Of a DNA stretch of 64,000 bases, positions 25,617-37,421 are shown piece by piece (the first letter of the stretch is position 1; each line of letters starts with the position of its first letter). The translations under genes and the position numbers were made by a program. The notes beneath the pieces are model-generated. The model worked only from the letters and a program-made list of their open reading frames with translations, searched no databases and was not told the DNA's origin. Source of the DNA: Eledone cirrhosa (Eukaryota); the NCBI GenBank assembly GCA_964016885.1, contig OZ024741.1, forward strand, positions 200,508,001-200,572,000. The letters are read 5' to 3'.

Positions 25617-26222
25617 CATATATTACTGTCTGTAGTTACTTCATATGTACTATCAGTGTGTCACAGACTGAGTTTGAATGTGTCAACAGTACAATTGGTG
25701 TGACATCTTCACGGATATACAGAACAACCCCACCATGAGTTCTCTCCTTCCTGTCCGAACGAAATACAGTATATTTCGGTATATGTATTTCTGCATCTGC
25801 TATACTGCTTGTCAGGTGCGTTTCGGTTAGTGCCATGCATAATGCTTGATTGCTTATGGCTAAGTCTCCCAGGTAGGACATTTTACTCATGTTACTGAGT
25901 TTCACCAGGCCTCTGACATTCAGCAGCAGCACTGGTGTGACTTTTGGGGTGCCAGTAATGGCTGTCGGTATGACAACTGGTCTGGTGTCAGCGGCGGCCA
26001 CTCTGGGTCCCTTAGCTGTGGTGGTCTTGTGTGCTCGTGTGGGTGACCCTGGCTCTGGAAACGATGCAGCCAGGTCAGCTGTCCCTCAATCTTCTCTGCC
26101 ATCACTGAAACATCTTTCTGCTCTGCTGCTGCCATCTGTATCTCGTCGGCATGTGCGTGCCTTCTCCTTATCGGTGCAGCACGCGCGACATCAGCATACT
26201 TCTGGAGCGGCTTATTTCGGCT
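25617..26222 (-). mobile_element. CR1/L2-group LINE fragment: ORF1 end and start of apurinic endonuclease
   Basis: LLNVRGL..ALTETHL..IPKYTVFRSDR..HGGVVLYIRE. Confidence 0.85.
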
Positions 26223-26251
26223 TTTATATATATATATATTTCATATATATA

Positions 26252-26330
<79 letters not shown>

Positions 26331-26400
26331 ATATTATATATATATATATATATTATATATTCATATATATATATTATATATATATATATTATATATATAT

Positions 26401-26434
<34 letters not shown>

Positions 26435-26472
26435 ATATTATATATATATATATATATTATATATATATATAT

Positions 26473-26544
<72 letters not shown>

Positions 26545-26783
26545 ATATTATATATATATATATATATTATATATATATATATTATATATATATATATATA
26601 TTATATATTTATATATATATATTATATATATATATATTATATATATATATATATTATATTTATATAATATATTATATATATATTATATATATATATATAT
26701 TATATATATTATATATATATATATTATATATACATATATTATATATATATATATATTATATATATATATATATATACCATATT

Positions 26784-26848
26784 TATTTCATTATACATAT
26801 TTCAGGGATACCACATTAAATTATGGTATGCCTTCATCAGACAAAATA
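26784..26848 (-). ncRNA. Type I hammerhead motif, relative of 7727-7790
   Basis: TATTTTGT-CTGATGA-AGGCATACCA(TAATTTAATG)TGGTATCCCT-GAAA-TATGTA-T-A^ATGAAATA. Confidence 0.75.
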
Positions 26849-26948
26849 CAATATATAACAGTTTTACAAATAGGTTTGACGTACCCTTTAAAATACAACC
26901 ATTACTTTTTGAGGCTGTCTGGATAGTGATTTGTTCATATAATAAGTC

Positions 26949-27055
26949 ATCCCGCCGAGGTTAACTTTGCCTTTCATCCTTATGGGGTCGATAAAATAAA
27001 GTACCAGTAATGTACTGGGTAATTGCTGGCCTTGTGCCAAAAGTAGAAACAGTTA
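26949..27055 (+). mobile_element. Young Nin/Deu-type SINE, 5'-truncated
   Basis: Begins ATCCCGCCGAGG, with core and tail intact. Confidence 0.85.
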
Positions 27056-27450
27056 TATATATATATTATATATATATATATTATATATATATATATATTA
27101 TATATAGTATATATATATATATTATATATACATATATTATATATATATATATATATTATATATATATATATTATATATATATATTATATATATATATATA
27201 TATTATATATATTATATATATTATATATATCAATGTGCCTGTGTATGTATATGTAGTACTATTAGACTTCACTTATGATTCCACCTGTGTACATATTCTT
27301 CTATAGAATATGTATTTGGTATATATACAATATACCTTCTTTCTTGTACGACATATGGTTCTTTATCTCTCTGTATATATATATATCTTTTTCATATGGT
27401 CATATATATATATGTATATTTGTATATTATATTATATCTATGTGTGTATT

Positions 27451-28058
27451 GTCAGGTCACCAGTTGGTCCTACTGGTAACATGTATCCCAGTACAACCTA
27501 TCCCATGGTCGGGTCGTTGGCGACTAAACTGGCAACTCCACCAAGGTTTCTTGGTGAGGAGGGTGACTTTGGACATCCTGCAGGACTAAAAACAAAACCT
27601 GTCAAAGGGCAAAGGACCTCTTAAGAGTCAATGGCCATCCAAAATCACCGGGAGAGATGACCCCTTAGCCTTTGTCAAGGCAGAATTCTAGGAGAAGGAA
27701 AACTCTGATATAACACCTGCAACTCTGATGGTATCCAATGATGTTGACTTGTTCTTCTTTTTGGTAAATATCATCTTGGTTAAGAGAGTGGGACTGGCTT
27801 TGTGCAGTGCCTTTGCTCACTATAAAAGCTTCACGGCACAGGCATTGCTTTATATCTGGAGATCTCTCTGCACTTGTCGTCACATGGTACCATGTGCCCA
27901 GCACTATGTATCAATAATTGTCACAAGTTTAGTGTTTGTACCAGAGTTTTCACGTCGCTGGCTGGACTAAAACGTCACACTCGTTTAGCGCATCGCAGGG
28001 GGTTCTCCTGCATGAATGTAAAGTAGTGGCCGTACTCGAAAACGAGTTGGCAGCCACC
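27451..28058 (+). mobile_element. Non-autonomous RTE-derived element of about 600 bp (5' UTR-like part plus 3' end with a C2H2 remnant)
   Basis: A second full copy at 49357-49934 has the same start. The 3' part of the 41232 copy encodes [22 protein letters not shown]. The element ends GAGTTGGCAGCCACC directly into (AT)n. Confidence 0.7.
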
Positions 28059-28059
28059 A

Positions 28060-28230
<171 letters not shown>

Positions 28231-28664
28231 TATATAAAGCCTGTCAAGTAGTCATAATATCTTAAGAGGTTTGAGAACGTAACACTACACGTGCTATTAT
28301 TTCACCATGCTGCCTCTACTTTAGAAATAGTATGTATTATATCTTGTTCCATTTCTCTTAGACTTGAAGAATTATAGTCCCCTGAAGAGTATAGTGGTTC
28401 TTGAATTATTGGTAGTTCCATTAATAATTCTTCATTGGTAGTTCCATTAATAGTAGGGACATCTATATTATATATACAAGCGAAGTTAGATATCTTGTTC
28501 ATACTCAAAGAAGTAGAGATTTTTCTCATTTAATTTTAATATATAACTAGATGGCCCGTCCGGCTGGCGCCCGGCTACCATTGGCATGTTCTACGGCATC
28601 CAGATATATATAGCTGACCTACCTAGATTGGCTTGGATAAACAGATGATAAGCTGACTGTGTTG

Positions 28665-28940
28665 TATAGTATTACTGTTGAAAATATATAGTACAGTACA
28701 GTATTACTGTTGAAAATACATAGTATAGTATTACTGTTGAAAATATATAGTATAATATTACTGTTGAAAACATAAAGTATAGTATTAATGTTGAAAATAT
28801 ATAGTACAGTATTACTGTTGAAAATGTATAGTACAGTACAGTATTACTGTTGAAAATATATAGTATAGTACTACTGTTGAAAATATGTAGTACAGTATTA
28901 CTGTTGAAAATATATAGTACAGTACTACTGTTGAAAATGT
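28665..28940 (+). repeat. 27/32-bp minisatellite (about 10 units) inside the Helitron
   Basis: Repeats of TATTACTGTTGAAAATATATAGTA(CAGTA)CAG. Confidence 0.92.
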
Positions 28941-28953
28941 GTACACGAATATA

Positions 28954-29008
<55 letters not shown>

Positions 29009-29013
<5 letters not shown>

Positions 29014-29232
29014 TAAATGTAAGCTATCACCGTATTTTGACTAAAGAAATTACAGAAAATTATTTAGCCTGATAGTGGGGTTAAGAACCCTCGGAGAAAT
29101 GGAAAAAGATGAGTATTGACGTCAATACTCATCTTTTTCCATTTCTCAAAGGGTTCTTAACCCCACTATCAGGCTAAATAATTTTCTTTAATTTCTTTAG
29201 TCAAAATACGGTGATAGCTTACATTTATAATT
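29009..29232. repeat. Spacerless 224-bp palindrome
   Basis: Centred on GACGTC (29118-29123), with 112-bp arms and about 3 mismatches. Confidence 0.92.
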
Positions 29233-30068
29233 TCAAACTCGCTCGCTGTTTCGAAAATATTCTTACTTGATATATATATATATAATTAATTAAAAGTTGG
29301 TTAGAAGCGAAGTCAATGCAGACAGGCAGACACACAGACAGATATTACAAACGCGCGACGCTATAGCTATGTATCTATCTAAAAAGACAGAGTAAGAAAG
29401 AGAGAGGAATGTCGTTTTACATATATTATATATAATATAATAAAGTACCAGTAATGTAGTCTTAATATAGATAGAGACTGACTATATACACATAAATTCA
29501 ATCCATGATACATTTAAAAAAAGACGATATTATATATAAACTGCAAAATATATGAATGTTTATTTAAGAGATCGCTAACCGGAAGTGTTGACATTTGCAA
29601 ATTTTAAAGTGAATCTTTAGATAAATAATAAAATATCTTTAATCAATAATAACGAAATTTAGTAGACAAAAATACCCTCACTTTCTTTCTTGGAAAAAGT
29701 TACATCTATGATGCAAATTTGGTGCTGTTTGGTCCAGCCGTTTTGCCAAAAGTTTGTTACATACATACGGCCGTCAGCTTTATTAATATAGATATTGCTT
29801 CTCTGAGAGATTTATTTCATTGAGATGTTTGGGTATTAGAGACTAATTAAACTTTAGTTAATTTATATATATATATTTGAAAGGGGAGTAAGGTTCTATA
29901 CAAAATAGGGGCTATAGAGAAAAGGTGAAATTGGAAGTAGCACGGAAAATATATTTAAGGATCTGTTTTTCTTTTTTTCTTCTTTGATTCGTCAAATTGA
30001 AAAAATTAAAGACACAATATGTATTCATTTAATTAAAGTTCAATTAGTCTCTAATACCCAAACACACA

Positions 30069-30196
<128 letters not shown>

Positions 30197-30295
30197 AGCG
30201 TAACGTGCAGTTATTGTAGGTTCACCCGAGTGAGCACTCGATGCGTAGTTTCCCGTCTGTAAAGAGGTGTAGAACTAAGCAGAGTGTATATATAA

Positions 30296-30368
30296 TAATT
30301 GTTTCTACTTTTGGCACAAGGCTAGCAATTATTCCAGTGCATTACTGGTACTTTATTTTATCGACCCT
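30296..30368 (-). mobile_element. Nin/Deu-type SINE 3' fragment
   Basis: Reverse complement of the core 3' half and tail. Confidence 0.8.
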
Positions 30369-30439
30369 GTAATAAAAGGACGATTTGTTATGTCTTCATT
30401 ACAATGAAAACATAATAAACCGTCCTTTTATTATATATA

Positions 30440-33400
30440 TCATTATCTATAAAAGGCAGATTTTTGTGTCTGTATGTATGTTTCAATTTTATACATTTAC
30501 ACAATTCCAAAAATATTGAATGAATAATTAAGCAGAATGTTTACAAATATTCTAACTTGGGTCATGGGCGAACTTATTGGGTAAAAAATGCCACAATTAC
30601 GGAAAAATCGATTTATTTCAACAATCGATGATTTCTCCTCTCTCATATGATATATGTTTCCAATATCTACTCCCTTCATCACCTACCCTTAAAATTGCTA
30701 CCTTCTCTTATAAGTGTTTGTGAAAAAGAGAAACATTGAAAAAAAACATATACACACATATATGTGGGTGCATACACACACATATATGTTGGTATGGTTA
30801 CGATTGACGTCATAGAAACAGGAACGCGGGAATTTCAATCAATCAACGCATACACAGTTTGTTTTAGAAATAACAATAGCATATAATGATAAAGAGGGCT
30901 ATAATGATAAAGAGGGAGTGAAAAACAAACAGACACACTAAAAGACGGATATATGTGTGTGTGTTTGTATTAGCGCGTTCAAACTCCATTTCGAAGCTGA
31001 CTTTCATTTACTAAACTGTAAGTTTTTCAATCGGCCTTACACTTTCAAACTATATTTTTCTGTATAAGTAACTTTAACCCTTTATTTTCGACATAAAAAT
31101 ACACACATACATACAAATACCTGTAAATTTATTTTTGGGGTCTTTCTTATCAATCTTTTTACATTCAATTATCAGCCTTATACTTTCAAAGTCAATTTTT
31201 ATGTTGAAGTAACTTTCACCCTTTATTTTTCGATACCCATTTACTTACTAACATTTGTATCACAACAACAATAACAATATTCATAAACAGACAGTAGACT
31301 TTCAAAGTCAATTTTTCTGTAGAAGTAACTTTCACCCTTTCTTTTGGACATAAAATGCCACCTAAAAAGAGAAGTCGCTTCAGTCGACATACCGCGTCAG
31401 CAGTGGCGCAAAAGGCTACTATAGCAAATGAGTCCTCTGAGGAAAATGCTTCAAGACTTTCACAGACAGCCTTACGTTCAGCAGAATGTCGAGCCGCTGA
31501 AAGTTTCCAACAGCGCACCACACGCCTAGCCAAAATGGCTTCATACCAGGCTTCTTCCAGGGCTTCAGAGAGCCGTGAACAAAGGTCGAAGCGCCTGGCT
31601 AGAAACGATGCGACTAATGCTGCTTCCAGGTCTTTGGAACATTTAAAACAACGGACGGCTTAACGTTAATTAATCGATGCGCTCTGACATAAATATAGGC
31701 GAGATGCGCTTCAATTGCCAATTCTGCAATGCTACAAAGTGGGCTGGAGAGCCACCTGCAATGTGCTGCTTAGACGGTAAGGTCACCTTGCCCCCTCTTC
31801 CGGAACCGCCAGAGCCTTTGAAGGAACTACTGACTGGTTCTAAAAAAAAAATCCCTGATCCCCCCAATAAAAAACGCTCCTGCGGGTACCAGAAAAACTT
31901 TTGTAACGAATTTGATTCTCGCTAAGATTCGTCAGGAGAAAAAAGTTGCGTTGTCCGTTGCATCGTCCGGGATCGCTGCTACTTTGCTGCCGGGAGGCAG
32001 GACAGCACATTCAACCTTTAAACTCCCTTTGGATTTAGTAAAAACTGAGACACCAACATGCAATATCAGCAAGAGTTCACACAAAGCTCTGATTCTCAAA
32101 AGATGTTGCCTCATTGTTTGGGATGAGTGCACAATGGCACACAAGGGTGCCCTTGAGGCATTGGACAGGGTCTGGAAAGACATTAGAGATTCTACGGCTC
32201 CTATGGGTGGCGTAACCCTTCTGCTATCAGGGTTTTTCGGAAAACGCTGCCTGTCATCCCCAAATGGACAAGAGCTGATGAAGTGCGTGCCTGTCTTAAG
32301 TCGTCCATGTTGTGGCTCCAGGTGAATAGTTTGTACCTGAGCACAAATATGCGTGCTCATTTGCATGGTGACAACATGTCTGCAGCACAGAACATTTTAG
32401 CACTTGGTGAGGGCAAGATCCCTGCAGATGACAAGGGCGGCATAGCAATCAACACCCTGTGCAACATTGTGAGCAGCCCTTCTGACCTTTGGGAAACAGT
32501 TTTTCCTAATGTCTCATCTAACTTTAAAAACCTCGATTGGCTCAGCGAAAGAGCCATCCTTGCTCCGAAAAATACCATGGTTAATTTTATTAACGAGCAG
32601 CTGATTGAGAAGATTCCCGGTAAAGAGCACATCTTCAAATCTATCGACCGGACGTCAGACCCCGACGATATCGTTTATTATCCGGTTGAGTTATTAAATC
32701 TCCTTGAGCCCCCAGGGCTCCCACCTCACATTATTAAGCTTAGGGTTGGCTGTCCCATTATGCTAATAAGGAACTTGCGTCCACCAAAGCAGTGCAACGG
32801 TACTCGCATGGTCGTCAAGTCACTGACACCCACTTGATTGAGGCCACCATTGTAACGGGGTGCGGAAGAGGGGAGAATGTTTTCATTCCAAGGATGAACC
32901 TTTTCCCCTCGGCGTCAGATATCCCGTTCGATTTCCGGCGATCCGAATTCCCGGTTAGACCATGTTTTGCCATGTCCATTAACAAGTCACAAGGGCAAAC
33001 ATTGTCGGTGGCGGACATCCATTTGGGGGAGCCATGCTTCTCCCATGGCCAACTTTATGTTGCCTGTTCCCGCACAGGGAGCAGGAATGGACTTTTTGCT
33101 TACTCTCCTCAAGGGATGACACGCAATATCGTCTACAAAGAGGTGCTATAGATGTTGGTGCAGGTGTTGGAGCTATGCCGTCTGGAACACTATTTCCTGG
33201 TAGGGTATCCCATGGCGGACAGATCTGACACCCAGCGGCATCAGGGCCACCATCTTGCAACTTTGGTCTACTAAATTCGCTATTGGAAGATTATTAACCC
33301 ATCATTGATTGACCAAAATGCTAATTGGTTCGTAACTTTTAATAACCGGTTCAACTGCTTTATGCACTTAATTGATAAGCTTATTCGCTTTCAAACCACG

Positions 33401-33465
33401 TTTACTTGTATGTAACTTTTCATAGAAAATGAACAAACCCGAGCAACGCCGGGCTAAACTGCTAG
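30440..33465 (+). mobile_element. Helitron with the Rep domain deleted
   Basis: 5' end A|TCATTATCTATAAAAGGC, and 3' hairpin CCCG-AGCAACGC-CGGG followed by CTAG|T at 33462-33465. RepHel remnants lie inside. Confidence 0.92.
31355..33151 (+). pseudogene. Helitron RepHel remnant: N-terminal repeats, zinc-binding motif and Pif1-like helicase
   Basis: E..E....RL repeats, CQFCNATKWAGE..MCC.DGKV.LP, VASSGIAATLLPGGRTAHS.FKLP, IVWDE, LIRNL..CNGTR and FAMSINKSQGQT..FSHGQLYVACSR..VYKEVL. It has stops and frameshifts and no HUH/Rep motifs. Confidence 0.92.
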
Positions 33466-33789
33466 TATATAATAAAAGGACGATATATATATATATATAT
33501 ATGTTTGTGTGCGTTTGTCTGTATTATAGGAGTAATCCAGTTGTTAAAGTATTTTGTCCCACTATAATACTGACGATGATAATGGTGATGATGAGGATGA
33601 TGATGATCATCATGGTGATGAAGACAATAAAGGGGGCGACTTCATCGACAATGACTAGCGATAGTTTGAGTGATTTCCTTGATACGGATTAAAGCATTGA
33701 AAAGATAGTAGCTGTAGCACTAGTACTTATAGATAGCAAAGTAAAATAGCAGATTCGTTTCTGATTTAGGCACAATGGTTCTGATTCAG

Positions 33790-34385
33790 TGACCGGTTGG
33801 CAAAAGGCAGTGAGCGCCTGCAGACATTCCAGTTTCCAAGCGCTCCCTCACCGTCTTCGCTTGACCCACAATTGCAGCTCCATCAAGGAGATAAGCTGGG
33901 GAAAAATGTGCCTAGCGAAAGGCGACCACACCTGTTCACCGTCGAGGAACGTCTGGAGTAGTTGTAGCCTCAGCGTATGTCTGTGCATCATCAGCCACGG
34001 CATGCCCAGTCCTCCACGCAGCCCAGTCCACCTCCGCCCGACCTTTCAGGGATAGCTTTCTCTCGGTCCATTTCTGTGTAAGAGAGGCTACCCTGTTCGT
34101 CACTTCATCCCCGTTTTTGTCCAGATTCCAAGCAATTTAACCGGTACTTCCGTCCAGCGCCTGACAACGCTGTTGGATGGCATGGACCTGCCTCTCCAGG
34201 TACCGCTACGTTCTGAGTCCAAGAAGATGGCCCGTATCTCGAGATTCAGACATCTTCGAAACAACACCGTCACTCCGCCCCCGAGATCTGGGACGGAGAT
34301 GTGTATACCTCGTAGCTGCGGAAAATAGGTGCGAATACTCATGCCTTACAGATTTTGATCTCGCTGATGACCACCACATCTATGT
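33790..34385 (-). mobile_element. Tx1/L1-clade fragment with deletions
   Basis: GGGVTVLF..IFLDSE (EN) joined to TWRGRSMPSNSVVRRWTEVPVKLLGIW (post-RT). Confidence 0.8.
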
Positions 34386-34869
34386 TCAGCGACCTGAGGT
34401 CTTTGAGAAAGTGGCCCTGCTTCCAAGACGACCCCAGGCCACATGCATTTATACTGCCTATCCTGAGAGAAGCCATGTTTGATAAGATAGGAGGAAAAGA
34501 AATGAGAGGGGAAAAACAACAACTTTACCTTAGGTTCTTTAGGAAGAGGGTGGGTGATCCATCCCTCCTACCAGTGGTGGGTTTCTCCACGAGAATGTCA
34601 GAGTATATTCTTTTCGTGAGGGTCCCTCGATAGTCTCCAATTGCCGCGGGGAACGTTTTCTTTAATGTTGTGTAATTATTGTTATGTGTGTGGGAGGTGC
34701 AATTTTGGTGGTTTGTATGTAATTAGTTTTTGTGATGTTGGTGTTGTGTTGTATGTAATTTAGGAGTTTGTTTGTTTTCTGTGTCTATAGCTGTGTATTA
34801 TGTCTGCTTTTGGGATGTTGTTGGGGCCTATTGTGTTTGTTGTGGTGTTGTTGGAGGTGATGAACGGGT

Positions 34870-35045
34870 TGATAATAATTGTGTCTACTTTTGGCACAAG
34901 GCCAGCAATTATCCCAGTGTATTACTGGTACTTTATTTTATCGACGCCGCAAGGATGAAAGGCAAAGTTAACCTCGGCGGGATTTGAACTCAGACCATAA
35001 AAGGCCGTCACTCTTTGTTGCAAAGCATGGCGTCCGACCCTCTAG
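34870..35045 (-). mobile_element. Young Nin/Deu-type SINE
   Basis: Reverse complement of the family sequence. Confidence 0.85.
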
Positions 35046-35199
35046 TTGATAATAATGATGGTGGTGGTGGTGTCGGGTATGGTGGTGATGATGGTAGTTG
35101 TGGGGGTGTAGCAGTTGATGGTGATGGTGGTGGGGTCGTTGACTTTTTCATCTTTTTGTTTTTTCCTCCTTTTTTTTTGAGGTCGATGGTAGAGAGCTC

Positions 35200-36640
35200 T
35201 TTCTTTTTTTTCCGCTGCGATGGTTTTCCACTATTCAGCGTCATCACACTCTTTGTCCGATTTAGCGATATCGGGAAGGGGCATGCTCCCCATTGGTCTT
35301 GTTGGCGCTGTAGGTGATGGAGATGGGGTTTTTGATGTTGGTGTCGCCGGTGCTGGTATTTTTACCGCCACTGCAGCCTCAGGTTATTAGGCCACTCCAG
35401 ACGCGGGGCACGGCGTAGGGAGAAGTGGGGAGCGCGTGCATGCCTTGGTGAGTTTGGGGCAGAAGGCCTTAAGCTGTGTTTTGTCTCTGCACTCGTGGCC
35501 CTTTGGGCGTTTACTTTCGATAGTTACGGGTAGATGGCTGCCGTTGTCCAGGTCGATCACTTCGGGTATGGCCTCTATGCTCTCATGGTTCGATCGGATG
35601 ATTAGCTCCATCCTCGAGCCAGATGAGTTTTCCTGTCTTATCTGCATGCCGTCTAGGTTTATTGTTGATTTCTCGACGTCAGCGAGGACGGCCGCCATCA
35701 ACCAAGTGATCTCCCCTGAGGGCGGAACCTGAATCACTCGGACCCTCACGACTCTCTGACCGCAGTATGTCGGCACCATCACTATTTCATCGCTGCAGAA
35801 TGGTGAAATAGAGTGTGCTCTGGCTTCTTCGTATGTAGCGAAGAGAACATCCACTGTGCCATACTTCCATCCTCGGGCTATGTAGCTTTTCTGTACCTAG
35901 ACCGCACTCATAGCCCTTTGGACCTGCGACTCGGTTGCCCCTTGAGTTCAAGTGTACGGTACATGACCATACACAGACGTCGGAAGCTGACTCTGTGTCC
36001 GCTTTTCTTGACCAAAAACTAGCCCCCCCCCCTCCCTCATCTCCATATCACTGATGCGTACTCTTTCCACATTTTAAGCAGCCTTCGCCAATGATGTCGC
36101 TTGGGTGGCTCCTGACTGCTGTGGGGGCTCGTCATATCTGCTGCTTTTGTTGTTGTTGGTAGTGGTCTTGTTATTGTTGTTAGCTTTTTCTCCTTTGTTG
36201 CTGTTACTTGTTGTTGTTTGGTTCTTTTGCTGTTGCTGTTGGGGTAGGGGTGATGATGGTGTTAGTGTTGTTTTTTGTTGTAATTATTGTCTTTTGTTTT
36301 TCTTGTGGTGTTGATTTTTCTAGCAACGGGAAATTATCGAAATAATCTGGCGCTGCGTAGCTACTGCTGCTGCTGCTGCTGCTGCTGCTGGTGGTTGTAA
36401 TGTTACAGTCGTTATTGGTGCTGCTGCTGGTGCTACTGTTGATGTGGCTGCTGCTGTTGCCACTGCTACTGCCATTGTTGTTGTTGTTGCTTCTGCCGTT
36501 TGATTGGACGAACTTGGCTGTTCCACTTTCTGAACAACCCGCTATTCTTCCTAACGGACAATTTTTCCCGTCCGCCATGTTGTTTTCAACTTGAGGGGCA
36601 TGATTGAAGATAAACACAAATCCAGCTCTTTAGGGCGACA
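35200..36640 (-). mobile_element. Decayed ORF1/gag-like region, probably of the Tx1-like family
   Basis: ORF 35387-35854 ends in a decayed zinc knuckle (GHECRDKTQLKAFCP) and has a low-complexity N/S/T leader. It resembles 50920-52190 and 61200-61730. Confidence 0.55.
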
Positions 36641-36765
36641 TATAGAATGAAACTAATCAGCTCCCTAAGAAGAGGGGTTGGCTTAGCTACACAACAATGT
36701 ATAATGTTCTGTATGAAAGTTTCAATGACACGTAAAAATCAAATGACTTACTCTGTCGAAGTTAC

Positions 36766-36774
<9 letters not shown>

Positions 36775-36800
<26 letters not shown>

Positions 36801-37037
36801 CTTTCTTTATTAACCACAAGGGTTTACACAAAGTAGACATTAAGGACAGTACAGGACAATACAGGACGATACAAATGGGCATTTCTGCAATAATTGTTTC
36901 TACTTTTGGCACAAGGCCAGCAATTATCTCAGTGCATTACTGGTACTTTATTTTATCAACCCCGTAAGAATAAAAGGCAATTTAACCTCGGCGGGATTTG
37001 AACTTAGAATGGCAAGGGCCGTAACTCTATGCGTCAA
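36775..37037 (-). mobile_element. Nin/Deu-type SINE joined to a short Tx1 3' end and (ATT)n tail
   Basis: 36790-36888 matches the Tx1 3' terminus at 59300-59388. The SINE occupies 36890-37037. Confidence 0.8.
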
Positions 37038-37350
37038 AAAATGATGCATATTTACATATATTCACATACGCACATACTTTACAGGGGTGGGGATTTAGAC
37101 CACTGCAATAAGTGTGTGAATCTGAGAGAGGATTATGTTGAATTAAATCACAACTAACTCATCTTCCTCTATTTTCTTTTACTCAAAACCAGGAACTTTT
37201 CAGCATACCCTCGTATATATACACAAAGACATACATATTATACATGTGTATATATACAAACATACTCACATATACACACACAGAGATATGCACATACACA
37301 CACGAATGCATACACGTATATAGACATAAATATATACGTATATGCGCACG

Positions 37351-37417
<67 letters not shown>

Positions 37418-37421
<4 letters not shown>

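Larger units (their letters stand above)
26225..27230. repeat. Interrupted (TA)n arrays around a hammerhead fragment and a SINE
   Basis: TA runs at 26225-26775 and 27055-27230. Confidence 0.95.
28547..29792 (-). mobile_element. Non-autonomous Helitron
   Basis: The minus strand begins A|TCTATATTAATAAAG..GTATGTATGT..AAAACGGCTGGACC and ends with the hairpin CCGG-GCGCCAG-CCGG followed by CTAG|T. Confidence 0.7.

Noticed and set aside
28665-28940. CRISPR-like periodic repeat
   Set aside because: There are no unique spacers and no cas genes. It is a tandem minisatellite in a Helitron.
29065-29100. CTGATAG-TGGGG..CCCTC-GGAGAAA as a hammerhead
   Set aside because: The core is non-canonical in both arms, and there is no stem III or cleavage site.
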